A stretch of 64,000 bases of DNA from an uncultured Acidimicrobiia bacterium (GTDB lineage Bacteria > Acidobacteriota > Terriglobia > Versatilivoradales > Versatilivoraceae). The notes under the pieces were generated by a model. It made no database searches. It saw nothing but the letters and a program-made list of their open reading frames with translations, and was not told the origin of the DNA. The DNA is taken from the NCBI GenBank assembly GCA_963786955.1, contig CAWBAT010000008.1, positions 96,001 to 160,000 of the forward strand, given 5' to 3'. The position numbers were made by a program, and so were the translations under genes. Of the stretch, positions 50,908-60,228 are shown one piece after another. Numbering within the stretch: position 1 is the first letter of the stretch; each line of letters opens with the position of its first letter.

Positions 50908-51906
50908 TCATGCCGGCGCGGAGCCGTTCGGATTCAGTAAAGGCACTCCTTGTTCACGAAGCCAGTGGATCCAACCTTCGAGCTGATTAAGACGAAGCGG
51001 TTGATCGCTCACATGGACAGCGGGTTTCAATCCAAAACGTTCGAGTTTGCTCTTCCCTAGTGGATGATAGGGAAGCAGCTGAACCCCTGTGAGATTCGGC
51101 AACGAACGGGACAATGCGGCAATCGCCGCGAAGTGATCTTCCCGGTCGTTAAAGCCGGGAACGATGGGACACTGCAGTTGGATCCTGGCTCCTGCGTCGT
51201 GCAGGAAACGAAGATTTTGCAGGATGAGTTGGTTGGAGTGGCCTGTAAACTCAGCGTGGCGACCCGGATCGGTTTCCTTAAAGTCGTAAAGGAACAAATC
51301 GACCAAAGGTAAGACACGGAGGAATCGTTCCCGATTCGCAAAGCCAGCGGTTTCGAGACAACGATGAATCCCTTGTTCCTTAGTTGCGGACAGTAAGGCA
51401 ACAGCGAAATCGATCTGCGCCATGGGTTCTCCGCCGGACAGAGTTAAACCGCCGCCTGAGGTGACGTAGAAAGCTTTGTCCTGAACCACTTCCTTCATGA
51501 CCTCCTTCACGCTCATTGGGCGGCCCACGATTTCCACCGTACGCGTATCGCAAACCTCGGTGCAGTGGCCACAAGTAATGCAGTGCTCGCGGTCATACAC
51601 ATGGGTTATCGTCGAGTCGTCGGATTCTGAAGCGACAAGATGATGGGCGCCTTGGGGACACACTCGGACACACTCCCCGCAGCCCATACATTTCTCAGGA
51701 AGGAATGAAATGATCGGTGAAGGGCTCATCCCTTCGGGATTGTGGCACCACAGGCAGCGAAGGGGACAACCTTTGAGGAACACCGTTGTGCGGATTCCGG
51801 GTCCATCATGGATCGAGAAACGCTGGATATCAAAGACGCGTCCAAAAGGTTCGCCATTGATCCTTGCATTCTCAAACACAGTTTCAGCTTGCGGATTTTC
51901 TAGCAT
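50908..51906 (-). CDS. Glycyl-radical enzyme activating enzyme (radical SAM) with ferredoxin insert
   Basis: HDGPGIRT.VFLKGCPLRCLWCHNPE (CX3CX2C), CMGCGECVRVCP and CITCGHCTEVC, SGGEP, LLPYH; start 51906 (or 51951). Confidence 0.95.
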   Translation of the reverse strand: MLENPQAETVFENARINGEPFGRVFDIQRFSIHDGPGIRTTVFLKGCPLRCLWCHNPEGMSPSPIISFLPEKCMGCGECVRVCPQGAHHLVASESDDSTITHVYDREHCITCGHCTEVCDTRTVEIVGRPMSVKEVMKEVVQDKAFYVTSGGGLTLSGGEPMAQIDFAVALLSATKEQGIHRCLETAGFANRERFLRVLPLVDLFLYDFKETDPGRHAEFTGHSNQLILQNLRFLHDAGARIQLQCPIVPGFNDREDHFAAIAALSRSLPNLTGVQLLPYHPLGKSKLERFGLKPAVHVSDQPLRLNQLEGWIHWLREQGVPLLNPNGSAPA

Positions 51907-51947
51907 GCATTTCCAACCAGCGACGTCCTGAACGGTCGTCGCAAGTA

Positions 51948-54174
51948 TCAATGTTCACAGAGGATTCGATCCACAACGAACTGACGCATCTCGGGTGAAA
52001 GACTGGCAAAATAAGCACTGAATCCCGTTACGCGAACGATTAGATCCGGAAACTTCGAGGGGTCTTTATGCGCCTCGAGGATCTGTTGGTTGTTCAAGAT
52101 GTTGATATTCACCTGAGTGCCGCCTAACTCACAATGCCCGCGAATCAAGGCCGCGACTTTGTCAACATCGTCGGGAGTGTTCGTGAGGCTAGGATCGAGG
52201 TCGATCTGGAGTGGAGAGGCGTTTCCGTATCCGGACTGAACCGAAGCCACGGCCACGGCCAGTGCGGTCGGAGCGCCATCCTTGCGGAAGCCCGGGTCGG
52301 GATTGGCGCCATGAGAGATGGGGTCACCGGCATGGCGGCCATTGGGTGTGGCCCCGATTTTCCTTCCCATCGAAAGGTTAAGCACCCAGGAGAAAAGTCC
52401 GGGAATCATCATGAATCCCCGAGGCGTGGTTTTCTCTTTCACCGTTTCGGAGAAGGCCTGGGAGATGCGAACTGCCCACTCATCGCCTAAGGAGCCGCCG
52501 CTTCCGAAGCGTGGAGAGTTCTTCATCATGATGCGAGCCCGCTCACCCTCGGGGCCGGTCCAGTTTGATTCAAGGTGCGTGCGCAACTCCTCCCACGTGA
52601 GGCGGGGCTGTTTCTCGAGACGTTGTTCCAATGCGGCAAAGGAATCGGCCGCGGTGGCCAGTGCCGCGCCATCCACTCCGAAGGTATAGTACTCAACGCC
52701 GCCGTTGCTGGCGTCGAGGCCCTTTTCGATGGTTCCATGGCAAAGGAGATCGAGGACTAGTTCCGGGAATACCTTGTGAAAGTGTTCGTACTGGAAGTCG
52801 AACCCTTTGGCAACCGTGTCGACGGCAGCGTGAAGGTGCTGCCGGAATCGCTTCCAGAGGACAGCGACGCTGGGTTCGACCGCCGGGTGCGCCAGCACGT
52901 CTCGCCACGCGACTTCGAAGATGGCCGCAAAATTAACCTTGGCGATATCCATGAGCGCATACTCGCGCCCCGGAATGGCCAACCAATGGCAACCGGCATA
53001 GGCCCGCTCGCGGGCCAGCTCAAGGGGGAATCCATTGGCGGCGAAGCCCGCGACGGTGTTATCTACCCCCAGAAATTTGGGCACTCCGCAACGGTCTTCA
53101 AACAGGATTTCGACGCCGCGCCGGATCAACCGGGGGTCCACGTTCTTTCCGACGCAGACTCCAATGTTTGCCGGAATCCGCAACCGGTGAGCCGCTTCGA
53201 GGATTAGAAAAGATACGGGATTGGTGGCTTCCTGGCCGCGGGCATCCGGACCACCGAGTTGGATGTAAGCGGGATCGCGCACCAGATGGCACCCGATATG
53301 GAAGATGGCTTCTTCATCAGTCAGCCGACCGGCTTTGGTGTCGGCTAGATAGTAAGGCAGCAGGAGCACATCCAGGCGGCCGAGGGATCCGCTGGTGTTG
53401 TACATGCGGGCGATACTCTGGTACCAAAGAATCCACTGACAGGCTTCACGGAAGGTTCGCGGAGGGTTCGAAACCAAATACTCGTTCATCTCGGCAATCT
53501 CGAGCAGGTTTTGTCTCATCTCCTCGTTCTGGGCAGCCAGGCGGCGCGCAGCCTCGGCGTGACGCTGAATCCAGTCTTGTGCCCCCAGAACAACGTGCTC
53601 CAGCCCTGCATAGAAATCTTCACTCGCAGGATTGTTGACACGGTAACGATTAATTTTCTCAAGCAGCCCGCCCCAGCCGAGATTGAGCCCTATCTCCATG
53701 TCCTGGCACATGTGATTCACACCACCGATGGCCGGGATGGTTTGATACTTGGCATGTTCAGCAAGCAATTCGGAACAATCAATATCAGGATTCCAAACGA
53801 CTGTCCGGTAGGCCATGAAATTCACCATATAGGCCCCGGCAAGCGAGGACAGGGGATCGATGTAGACGGGATGAACTTCGAGAAGTCTGCGAAAGTTTTC
53901 CCCGGTGGAGCGAGGCCCGAAGAAACCACCACTGCGGATGATTCGGCGTGGGCCTGAACGTGTTCATGATGACATCAGTGAAATAGACTCCTGAACCGCC
54001 GAGAGTCTCGACGGTTTCGCGGATTTCCTTGGGCGGCAGGATGATCGCAAAATCATCGAAGTCCATGGCGCCGCGGACCTGCTGCTTTTCAAGCGTCTGC
54101 TGCTGTTTGCTCTCGCGAAGTGCCGCCAGGCGGTCATTAATGGAAAGTTGTTCGATGGTTCCTGTTGCTTTCAT
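51948..54174 (-). CDS. Glycyl radical enzyme, copy B, interrupted by a +1 frameshift at ~53935 (pseudogene or sequencing error)
   Basis: ORFs 53785-54174 and 51948-53828 together are colinear with copy A; actgCggatg vs actgggatg; YAGCHW and RVTGF retained. Confidence 0.85.
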
Positions 54175-54225
54175 AAGGAAGGTCTCCTGTACCGATTCTC
54201 AAGAATACGAAGGCCGCCGCAAGTA

Positions 54226-56451
54226 TCAATGTTCACAGAGGATTCGATCCACAACGAACTGACGCATCTCGGGTGAAAGACTGGCAAAATAAGCACTGAA
54301 TCCCGTTACGCGAACGATCAGATCCGGAAACTTCGAGGGGTCTTTATGCGCCTCGAGGACCTGCTGGTTGTTCAAGACATTGATATTCACTTGAGTGCCG
54401 CCTAACTCGCAATGCCCGCGAATCAAGGCCAAGACCTTGTCAACATCCTCGGATGTGTTCGTGAGGCTGGGATCGAGGTCAATCTGGAGCGGAGAGGCGT
54501 TCCCGTATCCCGGCTGAACCGAAGCCACGGCCACGGCCAGTGCGGTCGGAGCGCCATCCTTGCGGAAGCCCGGGTCGGGATTGGCGCCATGAGAGATGGG
54601 GTCGCCCGCATGCCGGCCATTGGGTGTAGCCCCGATTTTTCTTCCCATCGAAAGGTTGAGCACCCAGGAGAACAGGCCCGGAATCATCATGAAACCCCGG
54701 GGGGTGGGTTTTTCCTTCACGGTCTCGGTAAAAGCCTGGGAAATGCGAACTGCCCACTCGTCGCCTAAAGAACCGCCGCTTCCGAAGCGCGGGGAGTTCT
54801 TCATCATGATGCGAGCGCGCTCACCTTCGGGGCCCGCCCAGTCTGATTCCAGGTGCGCGCGCAACTCTTCCCACGTCAGGCGGGGCCTTTTCTCGAGACG
54901 TTGTTCCAATGCGGCAAAGGAATCGGCCGCGGTGGCCAGTGCCGCGCCATCCACTCCGAAGGTATAGTACTCAACGCCGCCGTTGCTGGCGTCGAGGCCC
55001 TTTTCGATGGTTCCATGGCAGAGGAGATCGAGGACAAGTTCCGGGAAAATCTTGTGAAAATGTTCGTACTGGAAATCGATACCCTTGGCCACTGTGTCCA
55101 TTGCAGAACGCAAGTGTTGCCGGAATCGCTCCCACAGCACGGCGACGCTGGGCTCGATCGTCTTGTCTGCCAACATCTCTCGGAGCGCCACTTCGAAAAT
55201 AGCGGCCAGATTCACTTTGACGATATCCATGAGCGCATACTCGCGCCCCGGAATGGCCAGCCAGTGGCAACCCGCGTAGACGCGATCGCGAGCTAGCTCC
55301 AGGGGAAATCCATTCGCGGCAAAGCCCGCGACGGTATTATCTACCCCCAGAAATTTGGGCACTCCGCAACGGTCTTCAATCAGAATTTCGACGCCACGCC
55401 GGATCAACCGGGGATCCACGTTCTTGCCGACGCACACTCCAATGTTTGCCGGAATCCGCAGCCGGTGAGCCGCTTCCAGGATCAGGAAAGAAACGGGATT
55501 AGTGGCGTCCTGACCGCTGGCATCCGGACCGCCGAGTTGGATGTAAGCGGTGTCGCGCACCAAGTGACATGCGATATGGAAGATGGCTTCTTCATCGGTC
55601 AGCCTTCCGGCCCGGGTGTCGGCTTCGTAGTAAGGGAGGAGGATTACATCGAGCCTACCGAGGGATCCGCTGCTGTTGTACATGCGGGCGATACTCTGGT
55701 ACCACAGAATCCACTGGCAGGCTTCGCGGAAAGTTCGCGGCGGATTCGAAACCAAATATTCGTTCATCTCGGCAATCTCGAGCAGATTCTGTTTCATCTC
55801 CACGTCCTCGGCAGCCATGCGGCGCGCAGCCTCGGCGTGACGCTGAATCCAGTCTTGTGTCCCCAGAACAACGTGCTCCAGTCCTGCATAGAAATCTTCA
55901 CTCGCGGGGTTGTTGGCCCGGAAACGATTGATTTTTTCGAGGATACCTCCCCAGCCCAGTTTCAGCCCCATCTCCATATCCTGGCACATGTGCTGCACGC
56001 CGCCGATGGCCGGAATAGTTTGATACTTGGCATGTTCAGCAAGCAGTTCGGAAGAATCAATATCCGGATTCCAGACGACCGTCCGGTAGGCCATGAAATT
56101 CACCATATAGGCTCCGGCAAGAGAGGATATGGGATCGATGTAGACTGGATGGGTTTCGAGAAGTCTGCGAAAATTTTCGCCATTGGAGCGAGGCCCGAAG
56201 AAACCACCACTGGGATGATTGGGCGTTGGACTGAACGTGTTCATGATCACGTCAGTGAAATAAACTCCCGAGCCACCAAGAGTCTGTATGGTTTGGCGAA
56301 TTTCCTTGGGCGGCAGGATGATTGCGTGATCATCAAAGTCCATGGCGCCGCGGATCTGCTGCTTTTCAAGCGTCTGGTGCTGTTTGCTCTCGCGCAGCGC
56401 CGCCAGGCGGTCAATAGTGGAAAGTCGTTCCATGGTTCCGGTTGGTTTCAT
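54226..56451 (-). CDS. Glycyl radical enzyme (PFL-like family), copy A, uncharacterised class
   Basis: PPRTFREACQ, SLGRLD, IQLGG, Cys loop YAGCHW, GATPNGR, C-terminal glycyl motif LIVRVTGFSAYF. Confidence 0.93.
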   Translation of the reverse strand: MKPTGTMERLSTIDRLAALRESKQHQTLEKQQIRGAMDFDDHAIILPPKEIRQTIQTLGGSGVYFTDVIMNTFSPTPNHPSGGFFGPRSNGENFRRLLETHPVYIDPISSLAGAYMVNFMAYRTVVWNPDIDSSELLAEHAKYQTIPAIGGVQHMCQDMEMGLKLGWGGILEKINRFRANNPASEDFYAGLEHVVLGTQDWIQRHAEAARRMAAEDVEMKQNLLEIAEMNEYLVSNPPRTFREACQWILWYQSIARMYNSSGSLGRLDVILLPYYEADTRAGRLTDEEAIFHIACHLVRDTAYIQLGGPDASGQDATNPVSFLILEAAHRLRIPANIGVCVGKNVDPRLIRRGVEILIEDRCGVPKFLGVDNTVAGFAANGFPLELARDRVYAGCHWLAIPGREYALMDIVKVNLAAIFEVALREMLADKTIEPSVAVLWERFRQHLRSAMDTVAKGIDFQYEHFHKIFPELVLDLLCHGTIEKGLDASNGGVEYYTFGVDGAALATAADSFAALEQRLEKRPRLTWEELRAHLESDWAGPEGERARIMMKNSPRFGSGGSLGDEWAVRISQAFTETVKEKPTPRGFMMIPGLFSWVLNLSMGRKIGATPNGRHAGDPISHGANPDPGFRKDGAPTALAVAVASVQPGYGNASPLQIDLDPSLTNTSEDVDKVLALIRGHCELGGTQVNINVLNNQQVLEAHKDPSKFPDLIVRVTGFSAYFASLSPEMRQFVVDRILCEH

Positions 56452-56600
56452 AAGGAAGGTCTCCTGTATCGTTTCTCAAGAATACGAAGGAAGCAAAATT
56501 CTACTAAGAAGACTCGAGGGGTGAATCAAACAAGATTCAAACTGACACTGCCGTGCGTGCGTTGGGAATGTTGCCCCCGGCACAGAGCAAACCCACGATT

Positions 56601-56628
56601 ATTATAGCGTCGTACTTGTTCAAATGAA
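56601..56628 (-). promoter_or_regulatory. Candidate sigma70 promoter of the GRE operon
   Basis: - strand TTCATT-16 bp-TATAAT (perfect -10 at 56601-56606) in an AT-rich divergent spacer. Confidence 0.45.
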
Positions 56629-56649
56629 TACAAGATTACTTTCATTATT

Positions 56650-56669
56650 TACCAAAATATGCTTTGGTA
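56650..56669. promoter_or_regulatory. Palindromic candidate operator
   Basis: TACCAAA-ATATGC-TTTGGTA between the divergent GRE and GH3 promoters. Confidence 0.45.
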
Positions 56670-56840
56670 TGTTGAAAAAATCATCAACCAAGCGACCGGT
56701 CAGCCGTACCGATAACATTAAATGTATAGCCGAAGTCTTATTGACAAAATAAAATTGCTTCGGCTTAATGTCAGGCGCACGGGCACAGATAGCATTTCTG
56801 CATACTCAGGAGCTACTTACATATTCGCTAGGAGGGAATA

Positions 56841-59543
56841 GTGAATCGATCAAAGTACGGAATTATCGGGAAAGTTCTTCTCGGAAGTTTATGGGTCCTG
56901 ATGGTAGCGAGCCTGCTCCTGCAACCCGCGTATTCTCAAGAGGCAGGGGAGTCTGCGGGGCAAGCATTTCGCAATCCATCGTTACCTCTGGGGCAGCGCG
57001 TCGATGACTTGATTTCAAAAATGACCCTCGAGGAGAAAGTGCTTCAGATGCAGAATGCGGCTCCAGCGATTCCCAGGCTGAGGGTTCCAGCCTATGACTG
57101 GTGGAGTGAAGGACTGCATGGGGTAGCTCGTTCAGGGCATGCCACGGTATTTCCGCAAGCAATTGGAATGGCGGCCTCCTGGAATCCCGACCTCATTTTT
57201 CGCGAAGGCCGCGTCATCTCCACCGAAGCCCGAGCCAAATACAACCAGGCCCAGCGGGAAAATATCCACGGCACTTATTTTGGACTCACGTTTTGGTCAC
57301 CCAACATCAATATCTTTCGTGACCCTCGCTGGGGACGCGGTCAGGAGACCTACGGAGAAGATCCCTATCTGACCGGAAAGCTGGGAGTTGCCTTCGTCAA
57401 GGGAATGCAAGGGGATGATCCAAAATATCTGCAAACCGTAGCGACACCCAAGCATTATGCCGTTCATAGCGGTCCAGAGTCGAAGCGGCACGGGTTCAAC
57501 GTGAATATATCCACACATGATCTGGAGGATACGTACCTACCGGCTTTTCGTGCAACCGTCGTAGAAGGGAGCGCAGACTCGGTGATGTGCGCTTATAATT
57601 CCGTGGACGGTGAGCCGGCTTGTGCCAATCCATTCCTGCTTCAAAAGACGTTGCGGGATGCCTGGGGTTTTCAGGGTTATGTCACTTCCGACTGCTTCGC
57701 CATCACGGATTTCACCGCCGGGCACCACTTCACACCGGATGCCATGCACGCCTCGATCGCGGCGGTGCGCGCCGGGACAGATCTTACTTGCGGGGAAGAG
57801 TATGTGACACTGGCAAAAGCCGTCCAAGGGGGGTTGATCAAGGAAAGCGAGCTCGACACTTCACTGCGACGCTTATTTACGGCGCGGTTCCGGCTTGGCA
57901 TGTTCGATCCACCGGGTGCGGTTCCTTTTGATCAAATCCCCTTTACGAAGAATGACTCCCCCGAACATCGAAACCTTGCCTTGCAAGCTGCCCGTGAATC
58001 GATGGTGCTGCTTAAGAACAAAGATGGAGTGCTCCCCCTCAAGCCCAGCGTGAAGAAGATCGCGGTGGTGGGCCCGAATGCCGAAGCGTTGATTTCGCTG
58101 GAAGGGAACTACAATGGGGCCCCATCGAAACCCGTATTACCGCTGGAGGGCATGCGCAGACAGTTTGCAGGCAAGGCCGAAGTGCTCTACGCGCAGGGCT
58201 CTTCCTTTGTGGCGGAATTGCCCGTGCCAGTCCCTAGTACGGTGTTGCAATCCCGTGCACAATTGACGAACTCAGGACTCAAAGCCGAGTATTTCGCGAA
58301 TCTTGACTTCACAGGGAAGCCGGAGCTCGTGCGCCTCGATCCGCAGATTCAGTTTGACTGGAGTGGCGCGTCCCCCGCACCGGGAATTCCCATGCACGCC
58401 TTTGCCGTGCGCTGGAGCGGAACTCTGACTCCGCCAGCCCCCGGAGATTACACATTTGGGATTGAACAACCATTCTGCTGGCCTTGTGAAGACAAAGAGA
58501 CTTTCAGCCTCTATTTAGATGAAAAGCTCGTGTTGAGCAGCATCCAGGAAAATCGTAACCCGGCGGTACCGCAGTTTCAGACGCATTTCGCGGATGCGAA
58601 GCCACATAATTTTCGCCTGGAATATACCCACCGGGCGGAATTGTACGCTGCGGGCCTCACGCTTGTCTGGAAGGCACCAGCCGAAGTGTTGCGCGAAGAA
58701 GCCGTAAAGACAGCCCGACGCGCTGATGTGGTCGTTGCATTCATCGGGCTCTCACCGGGATTGGAAGGCGAGGAGATGGGTGTCCGCGTTGAAGGCTTCA
58801 ATGGGGGGGACCGCACAGACATCGGTTTGCCGCGTGCTCAGCAGGATCTAGTGGAGGCGTTGAAAGCCACCGGGAAACCTCTGATCGTGGTGCTCATGAA
58901 TGGCAGTGCGCTTGCCGTTAATTGGGCCGAGGAACATGCCGCGGCAATTCTGGAAGCTTGGTATCCGGGCGGGGAAGGCGGCACGGCGATTGCTGAAACG
59001 CTCGCCGGCCTGAACAATCCTGGCGGGAGGCTGCCCATCACCTTCTACGCCTCGCTCGACCAGTTTCCTTCGTTTGACGAATACTCCATGCAAAATCGAA
59101 CCTACCGGTATTTTCGGGGCAAACCGCTCTATGGATTTGGCTACGGCTTGAGTTATGCAAAGTTTGCTTATAGCAAACTCAAGCTCTCTTCGTCCCAGGT
59201 CAAGGCCGGCGATCCGCTTAAGCTCGAGGTCAATGTGCGCAACACCGCGAAGGTCGCGGGCGATGAAGTTGTGCAGCTCTATCTTTCGAAACATGAAAAC
59301 GCCCCAGCGCAGCTGGTCCGTGCGCTGCGGGGATTTGAGCGGATTCATCTGGCCCCGGGTGAAACGAAGCAAGTCACATTTGCGCTGAGTCCGCGTGAAT
59401 TGAGCCTGGTTACAGAACAAGGAGAACACGCGATTCTACCCGGCAAATATCAGTTATTTGTAGGAGGCAGCCAGCCCGGGCAGGGCTCATCGGGTGCCGA
59501 GGCAAGTTTTGAGACGATCGGCGAAGTGAAATTACCCAGGTAG
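56841..59543 (+). CDS. GH3 beta-glucosidase/beta-xylosidase with PA14 and Fn3-like domains
   Basis: WWSEGLHG, WSPNINIFRDPRWGRGQETYGEDP, KHYAVH, VTSDC, PA14 insert, GEEM, FGYGLSY; GGAGGG RBS + GTG. Confidence 0.94.
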   Translation: MNRSKYGIIGKVLLGSLWVLMVASLLLQPAYSQEAGESAGQAFRNPSLPLGQRVDDLISKMTLEEKVLQMQNAAPAIPRLRVPAYDWWSEGLHGVARSGHATVFPQAIGMAASWNPDLIFREGRVISTEARAKYNQAQRENIHGTYFGLTFWSPNINIFRDPRWGRGQETYGEDPYLTGKLGVAFVKGMQGDDPKYLQTVATPKHYAVHSGPESKRHGFNVNISTHDLEDTYLPAFRATVVEGSADSVMCAYNSVDGEPACANPFLLQKTLRDAWGFQGYVTSDCFAITDFTAGHHFTPDAMHASIAAVRAGTDLTCGEEYVTLAKAVQGGLIKESELDTSLRRLFTARFRLGMFDPPGAVPFDQIPFTKNDSPEHRNLALQAARESMVLLKNKDGVLPLKPSVKKIAVVGPNAEALISLEGNYNGAPSKPVLPLEGMRRQFAGKAEVLYAQGSSFVAELPVPVPSTVLQSRAQLTNSGLKAEYFANLDFTGKPELVRLDPQIQFDWSGASPAPGIPMHAFAVRWSGTLTPPAPGDYTFGIEQPFCWPCEDKETFSLYLDEKLVLSSIQENRNPAVPQFQTHFADAKPHNFRLEYTHRAELYAAGLTLVWKAPAEVLREEAVKTARRADVVVAFIGLSPGLEGEEMGVRVEGFNGGDRTDIGLPRAQQDLVEALKATGKPLIVVLMNGSALAVNWAEEHAAAILEAWYPGGEGGTAIAETLAGLNNPGGRLPITFYASLDQFPSFDEYSMQNRTYRYFRGKPLYGFGYGLSYAKFAYSKLKLSSSQVKAGDPLKLEVNVRNTAKVAGDEVVQLYLSKHENAPAQLVRALRGFERIHLAPGETKQVTFALSPRELSLVTEQGEHAILPGKYQLFVGGSQPGQGSSGAEASFETIGEVKLPR

Positions 59544-59589
59544 GTGTAAAAACCGAATCAATCGCATGTATCAGTGATGGAATGGTTCC

Positions 59590-60228
59590 GTGTCCAACAT
59601 TCACCGACTCAAGACCACGGATAAGTTATTCTTCATTACAACCAATTTGAACATAGGTGATCGGCCGTTTAACGAACCGGAATACCAGATCGTTGCCGAA
59701 ACGATCAACAGCGAAAGGCGGCGGCTCGGTTTCTTACTCTTTGGCTATGTACTGATGCCCGATCACTGGCACGCGCTCATTTGGCCCCCGTTGCCGATCA
59801 GCATATCGGGCATTTTGCGGAATGTGAAACGGGTGTCGTCGTCCAAGATCAACCGTCTGCGGCAAACGAGCGGGTCACGGTGGCAGCATCAGTTCTGGGA
59901 TCGGTTTGTCCGCGATACCCAGGAATTTGGAGAACGGTTGAAGTACATGCACATGAACCCGGTCCGCAAGGGTTTGATCGAGAAGCCAGAACAGTGGCGT
60001 TGGTCCAATTACAATAATTTCTCCCTCGACAAATCCATCGTGGCCATCTGTCCAGTCCAAATCGACTATGTTCACCTACCAGACAATTACCGTGCGAAAC
60101 AATCGGTAGCCACAATTGAACGCTGTTCGTTCAATCGTGGATGGGGGCGTGTGAATTACGTGGTATTTAGCTTCGCACATCCAGCCGTTCATGCTGGCGG
60201 AGAGGAGAGACGAGGGCCCAGAGGATGA
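59590..60228 (+). mobile_element. REP-associated tyrosine transposase (RAYT, Y1_Tnp family)
   Basis: FFITT, YVLMPDHWHALI (HUH), WQHQFWDRFVR, YMHMNPVRKGL, WRWS. Confidence 0.88.

Larger units (their letters stand above)
51940..56490. repeat. Tandem duplication of a ~2.28 kb unit (51940-54213 and 54218-56490)
   Basis: Both units run from cgcaagtatcaatgttcacag to ttcataaggaaggtctcctgta...ttctcaagaatacgaagg, including the RBS and leader. Confidence 0.92.

Noticed and set aside
54226-56451. Annotation as pyruvate formate-lyase (pflB) or choline TMA-lyase (cutC)
   Set aside because: Lacks the PFL CC pair and the CutC/dehydratase GCVE motif, so no gene symbol was assigned.
55465-56607. 380 aa antisense ORF over GRE-A, and other long antisense ORFs (21516-22385, 46315-47226, 39829-40665)
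   Set aside because: Shadow frames of GC-rich genes, with no motifs or convincing RBS.
56672-56687. FNR-like site TTGAA-N6-ATCAA upstream of the GRE operon
   Set aside because: Spacing and left half-site do not match TTGAT-N4-ATCAA.
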